The notes below the pieces were generated by a model. That model was not told the DNA's origin. It worked only from the letters and a program-made list of their open reading frames with translations, and did not search any database. DNA of 64,000 nt. It comes from the human T2T-CHM13v2.0 reference genome, Homo sapiens. Positions 1-11,777 of the stretch are shown piece after piece. The position numbers and the translations under genes were made by a program. Every line of letters starts with the position of its first letter. The first letter of the stretch is position 1. The stretch lies in the NCBI RefSeq assembly GCF_009914755.1, contig NC_060947.1. One strand, 5' to 3'.

Positions 1-79
1 GCAGCTCATCAGAGTAGAGACAGAAAGAGAATGAAGATTCACAGTGTATGGCTTGCTTGGTTCTTCCCAGCTTGCAGAG

Positions 80-297
80 TGCCTTCACAAGCATTCCTGT
101 TTGATTCTTTTTTTTTCTGATTCTTAAAGAACCCCTGGAAGTTGGGGTAGGAAGCTGTTTTATCTGCATTTGTCAGATGAGAAAACTGAGTCTCAGACAA
201 GTTGCATGACTTGCCTAGGGGGTCAGTAGCTAGTAAGGGATGGAGCCAAGACTACAGCCAGGCCGTTTGGCTCCAGCCCTGTGCTCTTGGCACTGCC
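80..297 (-). mobile_element. MIR SINE fragment
   Basis: Reverse-strand MIR core: CAGATGAGAAAACTGAGTCTCAGA...GACTTGCCTAGGGGGTCAGTAGCTAGTAAG. Confidence 0.8.
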
Positions 298-679
298 CTG
301 TGCTAGAAACAGGGTTTGTTGAAACAGGGGCTCAAGGGAGAGCTGCTCATGCTTGTAGCCAGGAAGCAGAAGGGCAGATGGAAAAGCTCCTTATTAAGTG
401 TGTACCTGGAGTGGAGAGGAGGATGGAGGGCGTGCATGGACTGAGGATTTTGATTTCCTGTTGAAACAAGAAGAGGAGAACAGGGACTCTGCTGGAAAGA
501 GAGAGCTAGAACTAAGGCTCCCTAGGACTTATTACTTACGTTGGACCAAGCCTCCAGTGAGGCTTCAATTGACCACCAGGCCACAGTTGACCCACTCTCC
601 TCCTGAGTACTTTTCCCCATGCAAGACAACTGGCTAAGGAGTATAAGGAGTATAATTGTAAGCACCGTAATCAATATTG

Positions 680-843
680 CAATAGCACTTACCATGTGTC
701 TGACATTGTGCTAAGTTTCTCCATTTTACAGATGAGGAAACTGAGGCACACTGAACTTAACTCACACAGCTGGCAAGTTGTAGTGCCAGAATTCAAATGC
801 AGGAGGTTTGGCTTCAGAATCTGGACCCTTAACCACTACACTG
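680..843 (-). mobile_element. MIR SINE fragment (internally deleted)
   Basis: CCATTTTACAGATGAGGAAACTGAGGCAC core, ending in CTTAACCACTACACTG. Confidence 0.85.
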
Positions 844-1426
844 ATGGCCTCTTCATGCTTAGTGTTTTACTATTTAAGATACTCCAAGAGGCTCAGAGAA
901 TGGGTGAGAAGATGATCTGAGACCATTTTTTCAAGACAGCAGCCACGGAGACAGCCCCATTTCCCTGGGGGAAAGTGGCCACAAAGATGGGAGTTTCTCG
1001 CTAACTTTGCCCTGCATTGGTGGGCTGTGTGCCTGGGGGTTCTTGTGTCTCTGGTCCTGCCTGGTGGTTCTGGCCACACCCCAACCCACTAGAAACCTAT
1101 TTTCCCAGGAACAGGAAGAAAAAAATGTGCATTTCTTCTTTCCCTGGCACTTGTCCTGGGAGTCACCCCATACACAGACACCTCTGTATTAATCTTATAC
1201 ACTGCCCTCCCCACCTTTTCCATCCCTGTGAATGCCAGTGTAACCTACAACCACTGCTACTCTTTGCACTATTGCCCCTGTGACATAACAATTGGCAAGA
1301 GTCAGGAGGGGTTTGGCTTTACTGCAAGAGAAGGAAGCATATCACCAGTATGTCCTTCATGGTCTCCTATGAATGAGGCCAAGAACTGACAGCTTCCAAG
1401 ATCCCTTCTATTTCAGGCACCAGTGA

Positions 1427-1595
1427 CAATAGCAGCCATTTGTTGAGGACTTATTCTATGCCAGACTCTTGACAAACAGTATTGCTCATCCTCTCAGCAC
1501 CGGTGAAAGACAAGTATCCTTATCCTCACTTTGGAAATAGGAAAACTGAGATGTAGAGAAGTTAAGTAATCTTGTGGTTCAAGGTCACACAGGAG
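1427..1595 (-). mobile_element. MIR SINE fragment
   Basis: GGAAAACTGAGATGTAGAGAAGTTAAGTAATCTTG...AAGGTCACACAG. Confidence 0.75.
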
Positions 1596-1971
1596 GCCAG
1601 CTGGACCCCCAAACTTCTACTTTCCCCACATCATGTTTTCCTGCTGGGTCTCAAGGGGAAATTTGATGTCTGCCCTCTTACCACCTCCCACTCCGCGCCC
1701 GCCCCCAACCCTCAGCAGAGGCACTGTGTCTCCCAGAGCCCTCCTCACTGCTCCTCCCCACCTTCTCTTGCTCCTTCTTCCTTGCTTTTTCAAAATGTCC
1801 AGCTCCACTTCCACCTGCCACCAGCCCAGCTAAAGCCTGAACATGAAGGTGGAGCAATTGGGATGTAGAGGGAACCATGCCTTTCCCCACCTCTCCAGGT
1901 CCTGACTCAATTAGCGTTACCTATCTCTGCTGTAACGGAAGCAAAATCTAAGAGCTGAGGACACAGCCAGA

Positions 1972-2099
1972 ACATGCGCGTGAGTGTGTGTGGGAGTGAG
2001 CATGCATGTGGGAGCAAGTGTGCCTGTGCAAGTATGTGTGTGAGCAGGAGTGAGTGTGCATGTGGGGGTGTGTGTCTGGTTGTGGTGTGTGCCTGCACA
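1972..2099. repeat. Degenerate (TG)n alternating purine-pyrimidine tract
   Basis: Interrupted GTGTGT/GCATGT runs seen directly. Confidence 0.8.
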
Positions 2100-3341
2100 C
2101 CCAGCAATATCTATGACAAGGGACAGGGGAAACTTTAGTAGGTTAGGAAAGGGGTATTCCTGAAGGATAGAGCCATCAAGATGGGTAGCTAAGATGTGTG
2201 CTTGCCCCAGCTTCAGGGGCCCATTTGTCTTTCACTTGCTCCATCAGAACTGAGAAGTGAGGCTCTGGGTCGCCTTCACATTGGAGGAGTATTTTGTCCA
2301 CTTGGGGTATTAAAAGGTGGCTGGGCTGAAAAGGAAGGTGGGGATGACCGGGAGGACTGCTGGAGGCAGAAGCCTGCTGCTGGCAGCTCTGGGTAGTGGG
2401 AGGGAAGTTAGACCATTCTGATCTAGGAATCATGAGGAATGGCAGGCTTCCCCCCACTACCCCAGGGTGGGCCTCCATCACCTTTGACTTCTGGGCCCTT
2501 GGAGAAAGAAGGGCATGGGGGTGGAGGGGATGGTGGAAGGTGGGGATTGATAAGAGGACATGAAGTGGCAGCTTGAGCTCTAAATGAAGGCTTTGGCTTC
2601 GACTTCTCAGCTGGTTGCATCAGCATAAAATTGAGAAAAGGTGAGGTAGAAGGGCCGGTTGTCACATCCTAGAAGGACCCAAATTGCATAAGTGCTAGTT
2701 CCCAAAGGCCTTGGGAAATCTCTCTGTGTGGTCCAACCCCCACTCCCATCCCATCCCACCCTGCCCCCTGATCCCTGCTGACAAGGCTGTACCAAGCCTT
2801 CGATCCTGCGCGGGCCTGGGCCATAGGCAGCATTCTCATTATGAGGGCTGCCTTCTGCAATGCGGGGGCAAGTCTCCTCCTCCTGCTGGAGTGCTGAGAA
2901 ATGAGGCCCAGGACACATCAATCTGTTTCACGGCATAGTTCTGTGCTAAGAACAGGCAGCTTCTGATAGGTAACCCACCAGCAATGGGCAAAATGACTCT
3001 CTGATGCAAAGGCTTGGGTATTGCAGACATATGCTTCCCAAAGACATAGACTGAGGCATGCATCTCTATCACTTCAACTTTGCTCTGCCTCAGCACAAAC
3101 ACTGGAGTTATTAGGGGAACTATAATCTGACAACTGAGTGGCCTCTGCATGTCCCCTCACCAGGAAGAGAAGAAAGTGGGGGATATCTGTATCGGAGATT
3201 TCTGCTCACTCCCTGAGAGAGCTTTTCTGGAGCTTCCTATGGCTGGGTCCCTGTGGAATTTCTGTAAGTCAGGAGTGCTTCCTGGGCCTTTGTCCCACCC
3301 ACCTTTAACCTGCAGGGGCATGCTTTACTAGAAAAAACTTT

Positions 3342-3362
3342 TGCTGCTGCTGCTGCTGCTGC
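3342..3362. repeat. (TGC)7 trinucleotide microsatellite
   Basis: Seven perfect TGC units. Confidence 0.95.
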
Positions 3363-5245
3363 TCAGGGTTTTTTTTAAGGTAGCACCTCCTCAATCCCCA
3401 TTTACTGGAAGGAGGAGAGATGGAGTCCCAAATGAAAATGCTCCCTGCATCTTCCTCTCATCCCGGACAGGGAGTGTTCCTCCAGGAAGGCTGAGTCAGC
3501 CTCCCCAAGGGCCTGCCTCCTTTAGGCCCCTTATGACTCCAGCTTCTGAGGGGAATTAGAACGAAATTCAAATGGTATTGAGGTATCCAGGGTGAACAAG
3601 GCTGCTTCTTGTCCCTCCTTCCGCTGGAGGGGCTTCAGAGCCTGACTGGAACACCTGCGTGTCCGTGAGGTCCTTCAGGAGGCTTCTGGAATGGGCTCAC
3701 TTGTACTGTGCACATCAGCATCCCTCAGCATGAACCTCAAGCTTGTTGCAGCCACCGTATTGGGAATTAACCTCAGCACACTGGGAAGAGGGGGAAGTGT
3801 TTCTTCATCATTGGCTTTTCTGGCTGAGGATGCTGTTTTAGCTTTGGCTGCATCTTTTATGTTGCCACCTGAGGCATTTAGCTCATCTCTGGGCTCTCCT
3901 AAACTGACAGAATGCAGACAGGTTACTCAGAAGCATCAGCACAGAAACCACAGAATCTCACTGGCTGTGACTACAAGCCTCTTGCCTTCTGACCCGCGGT
4001 TGGCCACACTTCCTGCCTGCCAGGTCAGGCCGGGCAGCCAGCTGAAGGCTGACCTGCTTGCAGAACTCTGGCCTCTGGTCTGCAGGAGTTAGCAAGGCGC
4101 CATTTCCATATTCTCTGGCAATAACTAATTAGCGATTATAAAGCTCTTTGAAATATGAAGTGCTGCATGATAATATCTGTAATGAGACTGATTCTTTCCC
4201 TCTTGCAAGAGGGAGGGGGGAGTAGGTTGTACACCCATTAAGGGGAGTTGGGTGGGAAGGCTGCTTCCTTTTCCTGACCTGCCTCAGTGTCCTGGACCTG
4301 ATCAAGTGACTCTGGTGAGAGGACTTGAGCCCTGGTGACTGGACTTGGAAAGCCTCCCAACGGCAAAGGAGCACTTTGACACCTGTACTCCTCCAATCTC
4401 CTATCCCCCTCTCCATCAGCTGCTTACCAGCTGCTGACTTACCCTCCCCTGTGTGGGGGATGTGGGGGATGAGGATGATGGATGGAAAGAGCAGAAGAGA
4501 AAGGTGGAGTTAGGGTAAGGAGAACCAGTTGGGCTCGTGGTATCCTTAATGTGATTTAGAATTTCATATTAATATATCACCTCGGAAAAAAATTAATGAG
4601 AAACGTGAAGAAAATAGGATAATGAATATGATAATATATGGGGAGTGCTTTGGGCTTCTTGGAACAAAGGTGCAAGGAATTATTGCTGCGATTTTCTCAC
4701 GGTGCATATATATTTTTATTAAACTCTAAAAAAAAATGCCAGTAGATTCACTTCTTTGCAAGGTATTAACGCCCCGCAGAGGAGTCGTTCTTCAATTAGT
4801 TCCCTGAGCCTCGGCCCACCTCTTGGCTGTTTTCTCATGGCTCTTCTCGAGACTTCCAGCTTAAGGGACCCAAAGAGCAGATTAGAATGCTCGGTGACTG
4901 TGCCCAGTAGAGTATCTGGCACACACGTGCCTGGGGAGATGGCTTCCTGAGCAAGTAGGGCTCAGGAGAGGGGCAGGGGACGGGGAGGAGTGAATACAAA
5001 ACAGATGGGTGAAAACTTGGGGTAGCTGCAGGATAAGAGCGACTTACTCATCTCCAGACTACTGACCTCTCTCTTCTACCCAAGGATCCACTTAGGCCAG
5101 ACTTTTTTTAATATATAAATTAAATATAATTAAATATAAATTCCCAGTTGAAAGGGGACTTCGTGTGGCCACCTTGCTGAGGGACCACAGAGACTAGAAC
5201 TGAGAGAAGGATGACAATCTCAGTCTATTTGTCACTTCCCTATAC

Positions 5246-5398
5246 CAGTGGCCTTCACAGCCTGCTCCCTGAGAAGCAGCATCAGCATCACCAAGAACGT
5301 GTTAGAAATGCACATTCCCAGACCCACCCCAGAACCACTGAATCAGAAACTCTGAATGTGGGGCTGGGCAAGTGTTTTAAGTTGGAGAACCCCTGTGC
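5246..5398. mobile_element. hAT-Charlie MITE (MER5-type)
   Basis: CAGTGG... start, GCAGCATCAGCATCACC...GTTAGAAATGCA...ACTGAATCAGAAACTCTG body, GAGAACCCCTG end. Confidence 0.75.
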
Positions 5399-5544
5399 TG
5401 GAATGAATACTCCACAGGAAGCTACAGACAGTCCTGTTTCAGGAAAAAAAAAAGGGGGGGGACAGGAGGCATTGTTGGTAAAAAATGCATGAATTCTGGG
5501 CAAAGCTAAATGGATGATTGGAAGGTCTAGGATACAGAATGGCA

Positions 5545-5682
5545 CAGGTTGCATTTCCCAGAAAGTAGACTTTGAAATAGCATTGAGCATGTGGGAAATT
5601 GATCAGGGAATGCCCTTGGAATCAGTACCAATGGAAGGGCAGGGAGGAAACAAAACTGGGCAGAAGGAGAAGTTGAGCCCTG
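5545..5682 (-). mobile_element. LTR16-type ERVL LTR fragment
   Basis: CCCAGAAAGTAGACTTTGAAAT...GGGCAGAAGGAGAAGTTGAGC resembles the LTR16 3' end in reverse. Confidence 0.55.
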
Positions 5683-5687
5683 GGGAC

Positions 5688-6200
5688 TGTGTTAAGGAGT
5701 TTGGATTTTATACATAGCGGAGTGGAAAGCCACGGGAAGGGTTTAAGTAGGTGAATGACAACAATCTCTCTGGCCGTTGTGTGGAAAGTGAATTATAAGG
5801 GCAATAATGAGAGCAGTTAGGGACTATGGCTGCATCCTGGCCAGAGAATGTGGTAGCTGGGATCAGCTGGTGTCGTGGAGGTAAAGAGCTGTAAACAGGT
5901 TCCAGATAGACTCTAGATGCAGAGGTGACAGGACTTGGTATTGGTTTGGAAATGTGAGGTGAAGGAGAGAAAGTTGTCAACTTCATTAGGTTTCTGGCTT
6001 GAGCAGATGAGTAGGGGAAGGGGAGGTGCCATTCCAGAAAGTGGCCAGGGGATGCTAAGGGAAGGAACAGAGAGGAGTGGTGCTCAGTAAGGCTTAGTTC
6101 TCCCACCGCCCTGGCTATATGTCTGTGGAACTGAATCAAGGAGGTTTTCAGTCATCTCAGGGGTTGTGTAATAGAGACAGCAAAGAAGTGGGATGGCTAA
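5688..6200 (-). mobile_element. L2 LINE fragment
   Basis: GTTAAGGAGTTTGGATTTTAT...GGAAAGCCAC...GACAGGACTTGGT...GGTTTCTGGCTTGAGCA, typical antisense L2 body. Confidence 0.75.
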
Positions 6201-6280
6201 CAGGAAGGACCTCACTCATGCACAATGAGAAGAAAAAGAAGGAAGAGAAGAAGGAGCAGGAGAAGGAAGAAAAGCAGAAT

Positions 6281-6535
6281 CAACAACAGCTAATATTCAT
6301 TGAGTACTTACAACAGACCATGTTTTATTCCAAGCACTTTATGTATACATTATCTTATTTATTCCTGACAGCTATTCTATGAAGCATATAAAATTACTAT
6401 CCTCATTTTACATGCAAGGAAATGGAAGACCAGCAAGGTTATGTAACTTGGCCAAGGTCACCTATCTAGGAAGTGATGGAGCCAGGCTTTGAACCAAGCA
6501 ATGCAGTTCTGGAGCCTAAGTTTGAGCATGCTATA
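6281..6535 (-). mobile_element. MIR SINE, near full length
   Basis: CAGCTAATATTCATTGAGTACTTA tail through GTAACTTGGCCAAGGTCAC core. Confidence 0.8.
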
Positions 6536-6599
6536 TCTTGCTGCCTCTCATAAAACCAGCTCATGTTAAACAGGCATCTACATGGGCTCTGTGAGCAGT

Positions 6600-6770
6600 T
6601 TCACACCATTGTCTCTATCTCTCCCACAACCCTCATTTCGTGAATGGAGAACCTCAAGGCTGAGAGGTTTAATAACTCACGCAAGGTCAGTCAGCTAGAA
6701 AAGGGCTGAACCAGCATTCAAACCGAAGTCTGTCTGGGTCCAAAGGCCCTGTTGTCATCACCACACTGCA
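6600..6770 (-). mobile_element. MIR SINE fragment
   Basis: GAGAGGTTTAATAACTCACGCAAGGTCAGTCAGCTAG...TTCAAACCGAAGTCTGTCTG. Confidence 0.65.
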
Positions 6771-6978
6771 CCTTTCCCCAGAGGCATTCAGATTGTCTTC
6801 AAGAGTGGAGATACAAAATGTTTCCTATATTTCATTCCAATGGCAAGCTTTTTTGCCTCTAACTGTAACAGAGACACACCAGATCTCTCCCCCACACACC
6901 TCCATATTGCCTGAACCCATCCCAGAATCTTCTTGGGACTCAAGTCTTCATCCCTCACCCATAGATACACCCCTCAAT

Positions 6979-7352
6979 GCATCCATCCAACCAGTCAGAA
7001 GCCAGCATTTCTTGAGACTCAGCCATGTGCTTAGTACCACTTGATGTTCTATGGTACACTCAAAACACATAAATATACCAGCATGGGCAACATGGAAAAA
7101 CCCTGTCTCTACTAAAAATAAAATACAAATACTAACTGGGCATGGTGGCATGCGCCTATAGTCTCAGCTACTCAGGAGGCTGAGGTGGGAGAATTACCTG
7201 AGCCTAGGAGGTTGAGGTTGCAGTGAGCCGAGATTGTTCCACTGCACTCCAGCCTGGGCAACAGAGCAAGACCCTGTCTCAAAAAAAAAAAAAAAACCAC
7301 ATAAATACAATACTGTGTCTCTGACCTCAAGGATCTTACAATCTAGCTGGAG
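6979..7352 (-). mobile_element. L2 3' end, split by an Alu
   Basis: CATCCATCCAACC...CATTTCTTGAGACTC...ATGTGC before the Alu; CTCTGACCTCAAGGATCTTACAATCTAG after it. Confidence 0.6.
7076..7292 (+). mobile_element. 5'-truncated AluJ with TSD
   Basis: Starts at ACCAGCATGGGCAACATGG; full right arm and poly(A); flanked by AAAACACATAAATA (7062-7075) and AAAACCACATAAATA (7293-7307). Confidence 0.92.
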
Positions 7353-7464
7353 AATAATAAGCAGCATTTGTGTAGCTCTTTTTTGTATCCCCAACACATT
7401 CACAGGTTTTTACCATCAATCCTTACTACGCTTTCACAGATGAGGAAACTGAATTTTGTCAAAA

Positions 7465-7667
7465 ACCACATGACCTTGGAAGAGGATCTTGAGCCCCGGA
7501 AAGAAACTCAGTCTGGCTGACACTCTGATTGAAGCCTTGTGAGACTCTGAGCAGAGAACACAGTTAAGCTGTGCTCAAACTCCTGACCCTGGGAAATGGT
7601 GAAAATATACATTATGGCATCCACTAAGCTTGTGGTAATTTGTTATGCAGCACAGGAAACTAATTCT
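7465..7667 (+). mobile_element. MLT1 (ERVL-MaLR) LTR, 3' half
   Basis: GGCTGACACTCTGATTGAAGCCTTGTGAGACTCTGAGCAGAG...TGTGGTAATTTGTTATGCAGCA. Confidence 0.75.
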
Positions 7668-8240
7668 GATGGCCACCACAGTATACCCTATCCCACACTC
7701 TCCTACCTTGTGACCTTGACATTCCTCTCATCAACAGGTGGAGTCTAATGGTCCAGGTGGGCTTGTGACTTGACTTCAACAATAGAAGACAGTAGGTGAC
7801 ACTAATTTCCGAGACTAGATCATAAAAGGCAATACAGCTTCCACCTGGTCACTGGATCGCTTGCACTCAGAGGCCTGAGGTGCCGTGTAAGAAGTCTGAC
7901 TACTCTGAGACCACCATGTTGTAAGGAAGCCCAGGTTCACTGGGGAGGCCTCATGTAGGCACTCTGGTTGGCTGTCCTAGTCTTCAGACTAGCCCAAGCC
8001 AGGCTCTAGACATGTGAGACCACAACTGTTAGATGATCCCAGCTCTAAATATTGAGTCACTTTCAGATTTCTAGTCTTTCCGACTGAGGTTCTAGACATC
8101 CTGGTGTAGAAACAAACCATCCTGACTGTACTCCCAAGCAAATTCCTGATCCACAGTGTCCATCAACATAATAAAATGGTTATTGTTCTTTATTACTAAG
8201 TTTTGGGGCCATTTGTTGCACAACAATGGTAATCAGAAAA
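7668..8240 (+). mobile_element. MLT1G/H-type solo LTR
   Basis: CAGGTGGAGTCTA...GTAAGAAGTCTGACTACTCTGAGACCACCATG...AATAAAATGGTTATTG...CTAAGTTTTGGGG. Confidence 0.75.
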
Positions 8241-9789
8241 CATGACCAAACTCTGAATCCACGAGATAGTGAAGGAAACTCTGTCTACTCTAATGTGAAG
8301 AACTACAAATACACTTGGCAAAGGGCATAAATGTATGTAATTCTAATATAGGAAGGGCCTGAAGGATTGAGAACAATGCCACAAGCTACCGCAGAGCCTT
8401 ATAGCCACTTACGTTGAGGATTCCACTGAGGCCCAGAGAAGATTACTGCTTTGTCCGTGATCACACAGCACATTGGTGTTGACGCTTCAAAATCAACCCT
8501 GGTGTGCATCCACGCTGTCCACATCTGTGGATTTGCTTGACCCTGAGCTGAAACTGGTTGAACAAACTTCACCTAAGAATGACCTTCCCAGTGAAAGAGG
8601 AGCCCAATGAATGCAAACTGTGAAGGATTTCCTTAGCTTTGAAAAGCCCCAGGCTGATACCTGTTGTAAATGGTTCAGTATCACTGTCTGTATCACTATC
8701 TATTGTGCAGTATCACTATCTATCGGACTTCAGCATCCTATGAGTCTGTTTTGTGACTGCACACCCATGATGGGTCACCGTTTTTTTAAAGATTATAAAT
8801 GTAACATGCAAAAATCATATTTGTTACATTTATACATATTTATATCATACATTTGCAGTATATAGAGGCACTCAGAATATATATTATTTATAAGCATTGC
8901 TGCGGCTCAGGTTTGTTAGAAAGGCTCAGAGTGAGAGTGTGTTTGTAAAGTGCTCCAGGGTCCTCTGGGATGAGGGCAGCTATGTAAGTGTAAGTCATTA
9001 TCATTAAACTAAACTGCCTTCCTCCGATTACTGACAGCACCGAAGAGGTTCTCCCGCCTCCCCGGCCCCTGAGCACGGCCTGGTAATGCTGGGATAATAT
9101 AAAGATAATATTACTGTAATAAGTGCTTTGCAGCATTTATGCCTTTATTAGCTGCAGCCATATTGTAAGAAAGGGAGAGGCCCCTAGACACGCCAAGGGT
9201 TTAGTGCTGAGGGCAGAATACTCAGAGAGGCGAGAAGAATTCTGGGTCCAAGCTAAGTGTGGGATAGTGTAGCATGTGGTAAAATTCTCACTCCTCATCC
9301 CTTCCTGCAGATCCTATTTTCAGTTTTGGTTGAGCCCCAAATATGCTACTGAGTGTACTTGGGTCTGGGGTTGAGTGGGGCGATTGATACAGGGAGGCCT
9401 CTGGAATTCTACTCCCAGGGACTTCCCACTGCATTTTAAGTCACCTCCAAATATAGGGGACATCCCAAATTGACTGCAGAGGCCCTCACTTTGATTAGGG
9501 TATAAATGAGAGGGCCACAAAGTCTTGGGCTTCCTAGAATAAAATTAATCTCCACAGCTGAGCAACATCAGTGGTTGCCCCCTTGTAATTATGATAGATC
9601 ATAAAAAAATAAGAAGAAGCTTCTATGTAGTTCTTGTATTTTACAAAGTCCTCTTTCCTCTTAGAGTTGCGTGGGGCTGTTCATTTTCTACATGTATGTA
9701 ACACCTGTTATATAGGTTGCATATATCTTTCTGCAGCACACTTGTGATGAAGAGGCCCTCAAAAGAAATGTATTTATCATAGCTCTTGG

Positions 9790-9990
9790 ATCTCAGGGCA
9801 TTGAGAACTCTATAAGTTATATCCGCCATCTCATTTGACCCTTCTAACATCTCTGTAAAGTTAGCCTCATTCTATCATCCCCATTTTATAGATGTGCAAA
9901 CTGAGGTCTAGAAGGGTTGAGTGAATGACGAATATTATGTGACAGGAAGAATCACAAGTGAAATACAAGCCTTTTGACCCGAGATCAACA
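9790..9990 (-). mobile_element. MIR SINE fragment
   Basis: ATCATCCCCATTTTATAGATGTGCAAACTGAGGTCTAGAAGGGTTGAGTGA. Confidence 0.75.
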
Positions 9991-10071
9991 GCCAAAAGAG
10001 GATTTTACAGCAGAAAGGGACCTATCTTCCACAGTTTTGCTGTGGAGGAGACAAAAAACGGAGAAGGCCAT

Positions 10072-10626
10072 TGTACTGGTTATCCATTGCTGTATTACAA
10101 ACAGCCCCAAACTTAATGGTGTAACATAGTGGTAATCATTTTCTCAGCACTCACAGTTCCAGGGGGCCTGGGCTCAGCAAGGCAGCTCATGGGCTCTCTC
10201 ATGCTGCTGCAGTTAGATGGCTGGAGGTGAGGACATCACTAAGGCTTCTTCTCTTACATGTCTGGTGCTTGGGCTGAGAACACTGTAACAGCTAGGGCTG
10301 CCACAGCCAGGCACCTGGTGTCTCTGTGTGGTCTCTCCACACAGTCCCTCCAGGATAGTGACTTCAGGACAGCTGGATTTCTTACATGGCAGTTCGGGGC
10401 TCCCAAAGTGAGTGTCCCATGAGAGAGCGAGCGCCAGGTGGAAGCTGTTTTACTTTTTATGATCTAGCCTGGGAAACTACATAGCTTCACTTTTTGTTAC
10501 TTTTGTTACTCTTTATTAGAAGTGAGTCATGAAAGGCAGCTCAGATTCAAGGGGAGGGAAATAAAGCTCCACCTTTTCTTGGGGGTACCGTCAAAGAAAT
10601 TGGAGACAAGTTTGAAAACCATCACA
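10072..10626 (-). mobile_element. MLT1G-type solo LTR
   Basis: TGTACTGGTTATCCATTGCTG...CCCCAAACTTAATGG start; CAGATTCAAGGGGAGGGAA...AAAACCATCACA end. Confidence 0.8.
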
Positions 10627-11777
10627 ACTCTGCAGACTGTTTCTCACAGAGTCTGTTTTCAGGAGCCCAGCCAGGACTCAGGCAGGGGTTAACCACCCCC
10701 TCCTGACCTTTCCTTTCACCTGCCTCTTTTAGCCAGCCAAATTGCCTAGGACCCCGGCATGATCTGTGAGGTGACCCAGACACTGGCTGATGGCACCATG
10801 TTCATGCGCTATGACGCCAAAAGGCTGTGGTCAGGCTGGGTTCCCCAGGCTGACGCGTGTCCTGCTGAAGGAACAACAGCAACTCTTAATCAAAAGTCCC
10901 CAGTAAGAGCCAGGCTTCTCTCAGGAGCATCAGCCTCAGCGACAGTCCCTGGGCTGGAGTTGCTGAGAAGGTGTGTTTGCCTTTTGGCTGAGACACTTTA
11001 AAACCCCAGCGTCTAGGTTTCATTTTGAACCTGACAGATAAAAGGCCGACTTTGACCGAGAATATTAACTTTCTGGCTTCCGCCCAAGAAAGCTGAACAG
11101 ATGAGGAAATAATATAAAATAAAAGGCGTCTGCAAACACTGATTGTCGGCTGCTTTCCATAAAATACGCCCACTGTTATGTGTAACACTCTCTGAGTCTT
11201 TCATTCCTTGGCCCCCTCCCTCTTTTTCCACTTCTGGTGTTGAAAGAACTGCCTTCTCTTATTTAGAAATAAAAGACAGACAGAGAGAGGAAAGGGTGCG
11301 TGTGCTAAAAACAAGGTCTCCAGGAGGCACCAAGCAGGTGCACCCACAGGCTAAAGCTTCTTACTTTTTGAGGGGATCACAGGAGGCTGCTAGGTGCTAA
11401 CCCCAGGAGAACCAGGCATCCTTAACCCTCTCCCCTGCCCTTGCTTGCAGCTGCTTTTAGGTGCCAGAGGAGCAATGGCTGGCTGTTAGGAAGGTGCTTC
11501 TAGCTGTGGGGTCTCCTTCGGGCAATGTGGGGGGGCCTGGTGAGGCCCTACAGCTGCTCCTGGTTGGCCAATAACGGGCCCAGAAGGCAGTGGGGAAGGA
11601 GAGAGGAGGGATGCTGGAGACAGAGGCTGCAGGAAGTGCTTTGTGTTGGGCCTCTCCACTCCCCACTCCTCAATTTCTGTCTCAGTGGCCGCCCCTTGAT
11701 TAGGGGCATCGGCTTGGACTGGGGAGGACAACACTTGTCATATCTTGGCCTGCAATCTAAGAACACAGGATGACTCT

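Noticed and set aside
2511-2545. G-rich run as a G-quadruplex (also 4958-4985)
   Set aside because: Four G-tracts are present, but one loop is 9-12 nt and there is no promoter context; too common to flag.
3342-3362. CTG/CAG repeat as a disease-type or polyQ/polyL locus
   Set aside because: Only seven units and no supporting exon.
3691-4092. 133-aa ATG-initiated ORF in unique sequence
   Set aside because: No recognisable domain, splice context or promoter; the length is within chance for GC-moderate DNA. It cannot be fully excluded without a homology search.
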